Source: Octopus vulgaris
Lineage: Eukaryota
Direction of reading: 5' to 3'
Assembly: GCA_951406725.2 (NCBI GenBank)
Contig: OX597817.1
Location: 23,746,001 to 23,810,000 of the forward strand
DNA length: 64,000 bases
The first letter of the stretch is position 1. Every line of letters starts with the position of its first letter. Made by a program: the position numbers and the translations under genes. Of the stretch, positions 40,057-51,649 are shown in pieces. The notes under the pieces were generated by a model. The model did not search any database, had not been told where the DNA came from, and worked only from the letters and a program-made list of their open reading frames with translations.

Positions 40057-42741
40057 TTTGCTGATTGTATTTGATTCAGATGAAGCCTCAACAGACAAAC
40101 AAGACAGAATGCAATTTTTCAGCCACAGTCAGACCTAACCTCATTTTATTCTATTTCCTTTTTTAAGATAATGGCTATTAATTATACTGTATCTGCTTGC
40201 TATTTATGGTATATAACCTGATTTTATAGAAACTCTGTTGTTGTTTCCGATGTAATTTTTAAAATTTATTTTCGTTGTTTGGGTACAGAAATAGTTGTAA
40301 TTTTATGAGAAATCGATACTTTTAGGAACATCAATGAAGAAATGTAAGTTGATAACGTAAGTCAATGGTCATACGAATGGGGCTTATTTTATTCTGGGTT
40401 TCAATCATATACCTACTTCGCTATCACTTTTCAGAAATGCATGAATGGACTTTGTCTTTGTAAGAAGGGGAAGCAATGACCAGGATAATTTACTGGGTAT
40501 CTGAGACTTATGGAAGGAAAATATCCTCAAATCGAGAGTTTTCCCGAATGATTGCAACAGAGTGAATTCAACGCAAGTCACTTAAGATTACCATAGGCAA
40601 AGGATCAAGTCTTTACACAAATAGGATATGGTGGAATTTGAATGAAGAACAAAAAAATCAGGAACAAATACCACCGGGCATTCAATGTGAAGTTTTTCGC
40701 GTTCCGCCCATTCATTACCAGAGAATGATACCCTTTAACGAACTCCGATATGTTAAGTTGTCTTCGGTGAGATTTGAATACTGATGGTTTTATGCCAAGC
40801 ATAAAATAAAACACTTTACTGACTCAACTAAATCAATGCTAACGTAAGAAATGATTAATTATGCACACGTGACATCCGGGCGAATTCTAGTTCTGTTTAC
40901 AGTTATCATGAATACTGTGGGAATTAACAACCACTACAGTAAAAGCAGTGTGTACATGAAATTAAGCAAAGGATTGCTTAAATGAACTATTAGATCCTAT
41001 GTCCAAAAATTATGCACATTACAATACATTACAATTGTGATCATGGCTCACTGTTTGTGGATATGCTTGTGATGGCACTGTGTAGTAGTAGTAGTAGTAG
41101 TAGTAGTAGAAGTAGTAGTAGTAGTAGTATTAGTAGTAGTAATCCGTGTGTGTATTTATGGGGAAATATCAAATAAACTAATGTGAAATATCGATCTAGT
41201 TCAGAAATAAACCATTTCTTAATCATTAGCAATTATTGATGATTTCATGAAAAGAAAAGAAAAGAAATAGTTACATTTTTTACACATTGCCCTTCTAAAA
41301 AGGCCTCTAGTAGTGGTTATTTTAGTAACCATCTGCTAGGATTAAATTTCTAATCAACGCAGGCTAAATTCATAGATGTTGCTGAGATAGGTTTTCTGTG
41401 ACCTGCAATCCACGGAAAGATATGCACTTCGTATTTTAAAATGCACTACAGTAGAGCACTTATATCTTTAAATTATTTCTCTTTTTCCCAATGCTAATTC
41501 TAGAGATTTCCCAAGATATCTCTTTATGTCATTTGTTCAAGGGATTTTTATTTCTTCAAAATACTGTATTTGTATGAACACAGCATACAGTTATGCTTTT
41601 TACTGGAATCCGTTTTGTAACATGAGCATAATGCATTGATAAACCTGCCAATATAGTCGTAGGAAATCATAGCTAGCAAGGGATATATTTATTTATTTAT
41701 ATTCTTGGTGATGCTGTTACTGTTGTTCTCTTTTGTGGCACGCAAACGATGGTGTTTTTATTAATCAAATTTTAACACCTGATTTTCTCCTAAAATAAAA
41801 CAGGTATATTTTATTCTTTTCTTTTTGTGTCATTTTTTTCACCTTCATATCTTTATCACGTTTTTGTTTTGTAAGGAGTTTGCTTTCATACATAAAAGAG
41901 AAATTAATGAATGAAATACAAAGACAGACAGGAAAAAACAAACTGTTGTAAAGACGAAGAAGAATTAAGAAATATAACGAAAGGCAGTTACGAGAAAAGA
42001 CACTCGGAAGGGAGAAAGGAATTAGTATTAAGGTGTTAAGTATCGAATTCAATTAAGATAGTGTTGTTTGGAACGGTTTATCTTTAGAATAAGGAAGCAA
42101 ATATGTATGAAAGTCACGTGCATATATAAACAACGTTACTAACAGCAGCTATTTGTTATTTATTAAGAAACGTAACAAAACATTAACCGGATCATTTGGT
42201 GCACTTGTTACATATATGAAGTAAAACTGTATTACTTTACAAAATTATTATTATCATTTTTACTTCGGTTGCGAGTAGACACAATTAAATGTGAGTAAGT
42301 GTAGTTTGTGTGGGGAAAGATAATATTGTAGATAAGCGGCGAAAGAGAAAGTTGTTTGGTGGTAATGAAATAGTACTATTGTTAACTACTGAAGCTCCAT
42401 GTATATTGATTTTTTAACAAAAGCGCATGACCACAAATATGAGAACGAGTTTTTGTTGATCAAATCGACTCCAGTTTTTGACTAGACTCTGACTTAGATC
42501 CATCCATTAAGATCTTATTCGCAATAATTGATCCAGCTTCTTTCTAAGCAATATCCATTTCCTATAGATCATCTCTGAACACACTGTAGCATTTTTTGAA
42601 GAGGGGGGGGCTTCCTTCATCTTGTTCTCTTTTGTTAGTCAACACATTGATGTTTTTACATTCTGTTTTCTATAATGTGCAACACATGCCTTGCAAAGCG
42701 GAGTCTATACTGATTAATGATGTTTTCTAAAGGTTAAAGAA

Positions 42742-42914
42742 TAGGCGCAGGAGTGGCTGTGTGGTAAGTAGCTTGCTAACCAACCACATGGTTCTGGGTT
42801 CAGTCCCACTGCGTGGCATCTTGGGCAAGTGTCTTCTGCTATAGCCCCGGGCCGACCAATGCCTTGTGAGTGGATTTGGTAGACGGAAACTGAAAGAAGC
42901 CTGTCGTATATATG

Positions 42915-42970
<56 letters not shown>

Positions 42971-43183
42971 TGTGTTTGTCCCTCTAGCATTGCTTGACAA
43001 CCGATGCTGGTGTGTTTACGTCCCCGTCACTTAGCGGTTCGGCAAAAGAGACCGATAGAATAAGTACTGGGCTTACAAAGAATAAGTCCCGGGGTCGATT
43101 TGCTCGACTAAAGGCGGTGCTCCAGCATGGCCGCAGTCAAATGACTGAAACAAGTAAAAGAGAAAGAGAAAAGAGAAAGAGAA
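42742..43183 (+). mobile_element. SINE family B, full length
   Basis: Matches the 13348 copy; internal (TA)(TG)n differs in length. Confidence 0.94.
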
Positions 43184-43519
43184 CTGTTCAATGGCTGAAT
43201 TTTTCATTATCACAGTGTGTCATCTGAGAGTTTCTTCACAAATAACTGTCATGGAACACGTTTAGCGTCTATATTTTAATTGTGACTTTCTAGTTCTTAC
43301 TCTTATAGAGGTAGCAAAAATAGTTTTGTGAAATAAGATTTTGTTTGCAATTTCAGCATAAGACATTAACCAAATTTGGTAAAATTTCTCTAAAATTCCA
43401 GTTGCTTTCCCAAATCTGTAATAGACACCCCATTCAACATCATATCCATCTTCAGTATGTCACGATATGTGTATCTGCAAGTTATTTCGTTGTATCTGAA
43501 GGTGCAGTCTACAAATAAT

Positions 43520-43620
43520 CTACAAAGTGATGCGCTCTCAATTGTATGGTCGTGGGTTTGAACCCTGAGTCAGGTAGACGCATTGTGTTCTTGAGCAAAA
43601 CAATTCTTTTCACTTAGCTC
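43520..43620 (+). mobile_element. Old tRNA/CORE-like SINE head
   Basis: ggtcgtgggtttgaaccc (B-box-like) followed by cattgtgttcttgagcaaaacaa (CORE-like). Confidence 0.45.
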
Positions 43621-43860
43621 TAATGTAGTCAGCTCATAACGAATTCCAAACCTGTCTCTTTCCACAGTTCTCAAATCCATGATATTCCGATAAGCCAAGT
43701 ATGCAAAGACGACATCTTAAAGTCTGCTCGCCACTGCATAGGCACTTTAAGTTACTTGCGAAATCGTAGTACAACCTGCAAAATTATACGCTTTTGCAAG
43801 TTACATCTAAGTTAAGCTGTCCATATGGCTTTGGTATATTTCCTGCTAATTATCAGCATA

Positions 43861-44050
43861 CTCTCTTTTACTCTGTTAAGTGTTTCAGTCATTTGACTGC
43901 GGCCATGCAACTCGACCCCGGGACTTATTCTTTTGTAAGCCCAGTACTTATTCTATCGGTCTCTTTTGCCGAACCGCTAAGTAACGGGGACATAAACACA
44001 CCAGCATCAGTTGTCAAGCAATGCTAGGGGGACAAACACAGACACACAAA

Positions 44051-44118
<68 letters not shown>

Positions 44119-44279
44119 TACGACGGGATTCTTTCAGTTTCCGTCTACCAAATCCACTCACAAAGCTTTGGTCGGCCCGAGGCTATAGTAGAAGACACTT
44201 GCCCAAGGTGCCACGCTGTGGGACTGAACCCAGAACCATGTGGCTGGTAAACAAGCTACTTACGACACAGCCACTCCTG
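43861..44279 (-). mobile_element. SINE family B, near full length, inverted relative to the 42742 copy
   Basis: Reverse complement of family B with a ~25-bp deletion in the tail near 43908. Confidence 0.92.
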
Positions 44280-44575
44280 TCTCAGGATAGATAATTATCC
44301 TCAGTTTATTACTGCTATTTGAATTTGTGCGATCTCATTAGGAAAGTCCACATCTACAAGATTTATCTGATACATGAAAGCAATGCCTAATTCGCTAGGT
44401 TAAATTATCTCTTGGAGTCAATCGATTTCTTCATAACAGAATCCAGGGTGAAATAGAAGAAAAAACATACTGGTGGACCGAAACATAGCTTAACTGTGCT
44501 ACCATTGAATTATCATATCCCAATAGTCTTAAGTTAGTGCACATTTCAGTACTGTAAATCCTTTCATACATACAT

Positions 44576-44661
<86 letters not shown>

Positions 44662-44667
<6 letters not shown>

Positions 44668-45132
44668 CGTTATATAATTAGGGCTCAGTAAAATAATTTA
44701 CTTTGCCACATACTGAAAGTTTTAGAAATAGCAGCCAAAGAGTTTTTTAGCCATTTCTACTACTTTAAGAAGAGTCTGTCAGATAGTGTTTACTCAAACA
44801 AAATTCACGTAGATATGGAGGGAAAACACCAAAGTATCACATGTACAAAATAATCTTTTGTACATGTGATATTTTGGTGTTTTCCCTCCATATCTACGTG
44901 AATTATTTTTGAGTAAACACTATCTGAGAGACTCTTCTTAAAGTAGTAGAAATGGCTAAAAAAACTTTTTGGCTGCTATTTCTAAAACTTTCAGTATGTG
45001 GCAAAGTAAATTATTTTACTGAGCCCTAATTATATAACGTTATATTTTGAATACGCCTTGAATGGTCCCTTTATATACTGAACATTACTCGGTGAAATTA
45101 ATTAATAATTAATTGATTTCACCATCAATCAT

Positions 45133-45135
<3 letters not shown>
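44662..45135. mobile_element. Large fold-back insertion within (TA)n (Penelope-like pLTR inferred)
   Basis: Arms 44662-44850 and 44856-45045 (about 5 substitutions + 1 indel by eye), 5-nt loop taatc, ~90-nt unique extension, (TA)n on both sides. Confidence 0.8.
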
Positions 45136-45176
<41 letters not shown>

Positions 45177-45179
<3 letters not shown>

Positions 45180-45330
45180 ATACAGAATTCAAATTTTATA
45201 TTTCTGAAGAGCAAAAGAGTTGTCTATAAATGCTTATCAATATAGGATTTCATTATAGGGACAACACTTCTGTGAAACGATCATAAGATGCTTTAAATAC
45301 TTAATTTAAAACTTTTAAACTGTCATATAC
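45177..45330 (+). mobile_element. Insertion next to (TA)n carrying a type I hammerhead-like motif with a long stem II
   Basis: tattt CTGAAGA [gcaaaagagttgtc..gacaacacttctgt] GAAA cg at ca TA agatg. Confidence 0.65.
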
Positions 45331-45493
45331 ATCATATATCTATACTTATACATATTTACATATATTTTTATACATATTTATATTTTTTATTTATTTATAT
45401 ATTTTTAATGCAACAATTATTTTTCATACGTGTATATCTTTCTAAGGAATTTTAATATTGATTTCCTAATATTAACAATAATATATTATTAAT

Positions 45494-45542
45494 ATTCCTG
45501 GCTTTCACCCAGGCGGCCCGGGTTCGATTCCCGGCATGGGAA
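45494..45542 (+). pseudogene. 5'-truncated tRNA-Glu(TTC) copy, head of a chimeric retroposon
   Basis: attcctggctTTCacccaggcggcccgggttcgattcccggcatgggaa: anticodon stem cctgg/ccagg, T-arm ccggg-ttcgatt-cccgg, 3' acceptor strand catggga. The 5' acceptor strand and D-arm are absent. Confidence 0.9.
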
Positions 45543-45625
45543 CGCTAATTTTTAATATCGAATGGCGGTGCCCCAGCATGGCCACAGCTCGTGAGCTGAA
45601 ACTAGATAAGATGAATGAAAGAAAA

Positions 45626-45628
<3 letters not shown>
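45543..45628 (+). mobile_element. SINE-type 3' tail joined to the tRNA-Glu fragment
   Basis: cgctaattttt (Pol III terminator-like), then ggcggtgccccagcatggccacagctcgtgagctgaaac, homologous to the family B tail, and a short purine-rich repeat end. Confidence 0.8.
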
Positions 45629-45719
<91 letters not shown>

Positions 45720-45720
<1 letters not shown>

Positions 45721-46040
45721 AGTACGTCACCAACTGTAAAAAACCTGAAGTACGATAAGAAAAGAGCTAAATACGCCAACCACGAGAGAAAAAAGTGGAA
45801 AACAGGACACGTAACACAAAGAACGACCCTTCATCAGTTGTCGGCTGTCTATGTACTCCTCATTTCGATCATTCAATGACAATATGCGTTTTCAAAATCA
45901 GTTGCTCCCATAAATAGCAAAATATTTTTTTTTGCTTTATGGAGGGTCAAAGTTGGGAACAAAAGCAGGGCAGTGGAAGAATACGAGGAAACCGAACGAA
46001 AACAAACAGAGAGGGTCGTTTAACCAGAAAGGGGGGAAAT
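45720..46040. repeat. Probable interspersed repeat between (TG)n and (TA)n
   Basis: Complex-sequence island bounded by microsatellites; CTGATGA on the minus strand at ~45831-45837. Confidence 0.35.
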
Positions 46041-46143
46041 ATATATATACATATAAATATATATATATATATCGAATAAATCCAATTTGTAGTTAAATAG
46101 CAATTACGAAACTCAAAATTTCAAAACTGACGTGAAAATGTAA

Positions 46144-46203
<60 letters not shown>

Positions 46204-46888
46204 TGACCATTATTCTTGTTTGCAATTTAAGAATACTTGTAGCATGTAGGAAAAGGAATTTGATTCTGACTTTTAGCCATGGATTTTGTACCTTTTGTGT
46301 AGAAACTTACGATTTATCTTTGGTATATTACATTTTCATTAGCGTTATACTGTTATAATATCCGTATATATATTCTTATATATTCAAGTTCAAATTGAGA
46401 TACAGACTTATATGTGCATATTGTAATTTCAATGTGTATAGCATCCGTATTTTGAAAGTTGTTTGTCGAATAGGTGGCCGTTGGTGGTGATGAAGCAATA
46501 GAAATAGCATGTGACTGCATAAAAGTATTTTCGTTGTTTTGTATAGTTACTATTCTGTTACACGCGAATTCGAAAACCAAGGAAACCAAATGAAAAAAAA
46601 TAATAATAAAGTGCAAAAGTGTGTGCAACGATTTATACCATCGGTGGTGAAAATGAGATATAAAGTGGGCGAGTTAAAGCATGAGACTATGGGCGAATAT
46701 ATGGAAATGCAAAACAAAATAGGGGAAGTGAATATGTGACAGTATGGAGGTAGAGTTGCGAAGTGAGAATTCGCAAATCTCCCGATTATGACTGTTCATT
46801 CAACTATCTTGATAAATGATTTATAGAATGAAACCAATAATTACTTCAAATCTAATTAGTATTTGCGCATCATCGTCACCACCATCCC

Positions 46889-46889
46889 A

Positions 46890-46936
<47 letters not shown>

Positions 46937-47030
46937 CATTATCATCATTATTATTATTATCATCATCATCATCATCATAATCATCATCATCCCCATCATC
47001 ATCATCATAATTATCATGGTCATCATCATC
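46889..47030. repeat. (TAT)n/(CAT)n microsatellite
   Basis: Directly visible. Confidence 0.95.
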
Positions 47031-47303
47031 AACATTATTAAAATAGTTATTAATATGATTTCTTAATATATATTTTTTTTTCATTCAACTGTTCGCATCT
47101 TATTCTTTTCCTGTTTAGTTTTCTTTCTATTTCCTATTTTAATCCCGACGATTACCAGGCAAAAGCGGTTGGCATATAAATACTTCAGTTCGATGAAGTT
47201 AAATTAAATTTAGAAGATTAATTTTTGCATTCGTAGTCGCAGTGGGGAATGAAAAATATTGTTATCATCGTCGTTGTCGTCGTCGTCGTTGTCATCATCA
47301 TCC

Positions 47304-47339
<36 letters not shown>

Positions 47340-47749
47340 CTGTCATCGTCATCGTCTTCCTCGTTATCAACATCATCGTCACCATCAACGTTAATATACT
47401 AAGTTAGTATATTAAGGTAAAACCTGTTTGGTTGGCTTGCGAAATTTTAATTTAATTTTCATTTGCATTGTGTTATATCAGACAGATACACACACATATT
47501 TCATACAAAATCGCGCATTCAATACATGCATACAGGGAAAGAGTTATAGGCACATATATATTCGTACACACCCACAAATAGCGCATGCAAGAAAAATACA
47601 TAAATGTATATCATTGCTTTGGTTATATATGATGCAAATATACACAACATAGATATAAGTATTATCACACCTGCTATGTGAGTTACTCCTAAGAGAAAAT
47701 GCATTATAATAAGAAAGTTAACACTCACAGATTCACGTGCTTGAGCAGA

Positions 47750-47897
47750 CATACATACATACATACATATGTGCATACATACATGCAAACAAACATACAT
47801 ATATACATACGTACACACACATATATATACACGTACATACATATATATATACATATATACATATATATGTACGTATATATATATATATATGTATATG

Positions 47898-47929
<32 letters not shown>

Positions 47930-47932
47930 CAC

Positions 47933-47964
<32 letters not shown>

Positions 47965-47989
47965 TTATACATATATATATACATATTAT

Positions 47990-48058
<69 letters not shown>

Positions 48059-48063
48059 TATAT
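47750..48063. repeat. Mosaic (CATA)/(TA)n microsatellite
   Basis: Directly visible. Confidence 0.95.
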
Positions 48064-48471
48064 ACTTATCTTTTTCTATTAGTAATTACTGTATTCTCTT
48101 CCTACGCAGAATGCAATGCAAAGCACCCGCGCTGAGAAATTTGCAAATTTCGTATGTCTATGTCAGCAAAAAATCTTGAGATTTCTGGATTTCTGTATTG
48201 CAATGATGCATGTTCATGTGTGCCTGAGATTTTCATGTTTGCGTGTGTGTGTGTGTGTTTGCAGATAATCTCGTACTTATGTAGTTGGGGCGCATGACAT
48301 TTAGATATATGTTTATGCATCGAAGCCTCGAAAAATACCAAAGGGTATTCTGACCTTTGATAATATATAGGTCTACATAGCACTGGAATCGATAAAAATC
48401 TGTTGATAAACATTTGGCTATTTGCCCCAGGATGGCCGCAGTCGATAGACCGAAAAGAAAGAATTAAGAAC

Positions 48472-48557
<86 letters not shown>

Positions 48558-48626
48558 GTACATACATATATATATACATACATACTCACATTTATATATA
48601 AATATATATATATGTATGTGTGTGTG

Positions 48627-48826
48627 ACCGCGTGTGTATCGTTGGCGATTCTCTTTCTCCGTCTTCCCTTCCTTGAACTTTTCCTTTATCTATATTTCTC
48701 ACGAAGAGCTCGGCTCGAGACGCTAAGTCCTCTTTCTTTGTTTTTTTCCTGAGTGTCCAATAACACTATAGTTCTTCCACGTCCTCGCATTGTTGTGTTT
48801 TCTCTTTGTTCATGTTTGGATTAACT
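48627..48826 (+). mobile_element. Penelope-like pLTR fragment with a decayed hammerhead motif
   Basis: ttt CTcACGA a gagc-tcg-gctc GAgA cg at 48698-48722; 3' end homologous to 35143-35207; ends in (TA)n. Confidence 0.6.
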
Positions 48827-48839
48827 ATATATATATATA

Positions 48840-48992
48840 AAGGGAAAGTTTACGAAAATAAACAAAAGACGAAGACAGGTGGTGTACAAAACAAAGAGAT
48901 GCATTAGTATAGCGCTCAGGAATAGAAAAAGTCTTTACATTTCGAGCCTACGCTCTTCTACAGAAAGGTACACAGAAAAAACAAGGAGAGAA
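48840..48992 (-). mobile_element. Related pLTR fragment, tail-to-tail with 48627-48826, with a hammerhead-like motif
   Basis: Minus strand: ccttt CTGtAGA a gagc-gtag-gctc GAAA tg TA aag (48933-48968); shares ttcctgag(c/t)g downstream with the partner. Confidence 0.6.
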
Positions 48993-49170
48993 TTCTTTCT
49001 CTTTTTATATCAATCAGATCCATTCACAACATTTGGGACGTACGGTGACATAATAGAATAGTACAAGACGCTTGCCCAAGTTTCCTCGCAGTCACGCAGA
49101 ATCTGGAGGTGTGTGGTTGGGAAACAAAGTTCTTGTTACATTGTCGCACATGATCCTGAGTGTATACAAT

Positions 49171-49228
<58 letters not shown>

Positions 49229-49229
<1 letters not shown>

Positions 49230-49504
49230 CTATAATAATTCTCTAAACGAGATATAAACAGTAACTGCTCCATAACATAAGGGACATCAGCCATCTGAAT
49301 GTGGCTAGGGACAGGGCAGGGCGGTGGGGGTATTACTGATGCATTTAGCCCCAGGCGATCATCAACGTCACCAGGAGGGCTGACACCGTGATGGTGTCAG
49401 CCCTCCTGGTGACGTTGATGATCGCCTGGGGCTAAATGCATCAGTAACACCCCCACCGCCCTGCCCTGTCCCTAGCCACATTCAGATGGCTGATGTCCCT
49501 TATG

Positions 49505-49506
<2 letters not shown>
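49229..49506. mobile_element. Near-perfect fold-back insertion within (TA)n, same family as 33699-33868
   Basis: 114-bp arms (49274-49387 / 49393-49506) with 1 mismatch, 5-nt loop, 45-nt unique extension. Confidence 0.85.
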
Positions 49507-49545
<39 letters not shown>

Positions 49546-50428
49546 CGAGGGAGAGAGAGTGTTAGAGAGTGTAAATAAGTGAGATCCAGAGATGCTCAAT
49601 ACTGAAAACACGTATTAGTCCTAAAAGGGTTTGAACTCCAAAGATTAAGTCTGCGGGGAAAAAAGTGTCGATAAGAGGAATTCAGGTGAGAAGATAATGA
49701 TGTAAATACAGAAAGGAATATGATTGACTTTGATACATAAAATTTACATACATATATGCATGGAGATATCATAGTTTGTACTTGGATGAAAATTGAAGTT
49801 ATGCTATAGTCCAAAGTTCATTCATGTGTGTAAAACTTCCCAATCCATTTTATCTTTATAGGTGTGTCAGCTACAGTCCCTTGGGTTATTTCTTAGACTT
49901 CAACAAAAGAATGTAGGTATGTGAAAATATTAGTTTGTCAGCAGATTTTTAACTAGATTTTGTTGTTGTTAATGCGATCTGAACACTGTTGTGAAGATTA
50001 AAGCTGTTTGTTTTGGGAAAGTTGAGGATCTTATTCAAAGTTCAGTCACGCATATAAAAGTTTGTCATTAAGTTTGTTTATTTAGGCGTGTCAGCTTTTG
50101 GTCAGGGGAATTTTTGTACATAAATTTATAATTAGGAATAAAATGTTCTTGATGTTCTTTAATTATTATTTAGAAAATTTAACCCCTGTGTTTTGGTAAG
50201 GTATTGCTTGTGGATTATATATATGTATGTGTGTATATATGTATGTATATATTTGTATATAAATATGTATGTATAAACTATATACATGTATATATGGAAA
50301 TAATTTCACATTAAGCTGAATACATTTTGTTGAGTATATATTTATAAATCTTATAAGGAAGAGATTGAGGGTGATATCGTAAGACTGTTTGCTGAAGGTA
50401 AGCTTGTGGAAGTTCCGGTGTGTTTCAT

Positions 50429-50500
<72 letters not shown>

Positions 50501-51649
50501 CTAAACCATTACGTCTTTAATTGCTACTTAATATTAATATGGAATAAATGTTGATGATTAAGTTGAATTTGTTATGAGGTATACCGGAGCAAACAAAATA
50601 ATTGAAATAATATATATATATAAGGGACATCACATAATGTACATATTAAAATACACTGCCGTCGTCAACATTTATTGACACATGTGGGTATGGTTTGCTT
50701 ACATATATTCATGTATTTTTTCAGACGTTTCGCTTAGATATACATAATTCAGAGTCCATATTATCTATAAAAGTGGAATTATATATTTTATTTATTCGTC
50801 GATTATCTCTATAAGTCGTATATTTATTTTCCTCCTCTATGAACTAGTAGATTTCATACGAAATTGAAATTATATATATTTAAATATGAATAGACATGGG
50901 TGGGTGCATGTATATGTATGTGGGTGATCGGATCTATACATATTCACATACGCACACACACACACATGTATATATAAATTTTATATTCATGTGTGTGTAT
51001 CTTTGTATTTTAATAGATATGTGTTTAGCAATGGTGATATTCTTTTCTGTAATTGTATACACATAAATCAATAATTCATGTGTGTTTGGACATGTTTAAA
51101 CTTATCAGTATTCAAAGTACACCAGACTTTCTCTTACACATACATACACACATAATTATGCACATATATATATTTATAATACTTTCTATGTATGTATATG
51201 TTTCATTATTTATGAATATATATTAATATATTCATGCATATATCTATGTCGATCCACACATACCTAACATGGGAATTTGGGACAGTTTTAAGCTCTAGGC
51301 TACACAGGAGAATGCGTCTGAGTCCGTTATACTCAAAATTTTGCATTAAAATTTCAGTTCCTATAACGAAGCACTTTTATTCATTTAGTAAACGTCGTGC
51401 GATTTCATAGAAGTATTCATCATTTATAAATGTTTCTTTTTAAATATAAATCTAGATAGATAAACAAAACTGTTATCTAAGAAAATACTCGAATTCCATT
51501 ACATTTTAAATGCGTAATGTACCAGAATACACGAGTATTCTATATTCTAAATATTATTCCTTGTACAAGGAACAAGACTCAACAACGTAAATATTTCAAA
51601 TGTTAAACAAAATATAATAATTTGATGCCATATTATATCAATGCCGACT

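Noticed and set aside
40560-40785. Open frame ..CEVFRVPPIHYQRMIPFNEL.. faintly like IS630/Tc1 LPPYHxELNPIE
   Set aside because: Single weak motif with no supporting upstream motifs or TIRs.
45494-45542. Functional tRNA-Glu gene
   Set aside because: The 5' acceptor strand and D-arm (A box) are missing.
44662-49506. Palindromes as pure assembly artefacts
   Set aside because: Arms carry mismatches, one relative has a TSD, and boundaries are shared between diverged copies. The near-perfect 49.3-kb one still merits read-level confirmation.
49560-50215. Possible PLE coding sequence adjoining the 49.3-kb fold-back
   Set aside because: No convincing RT or GIY-YIG motif could be read in any frame.
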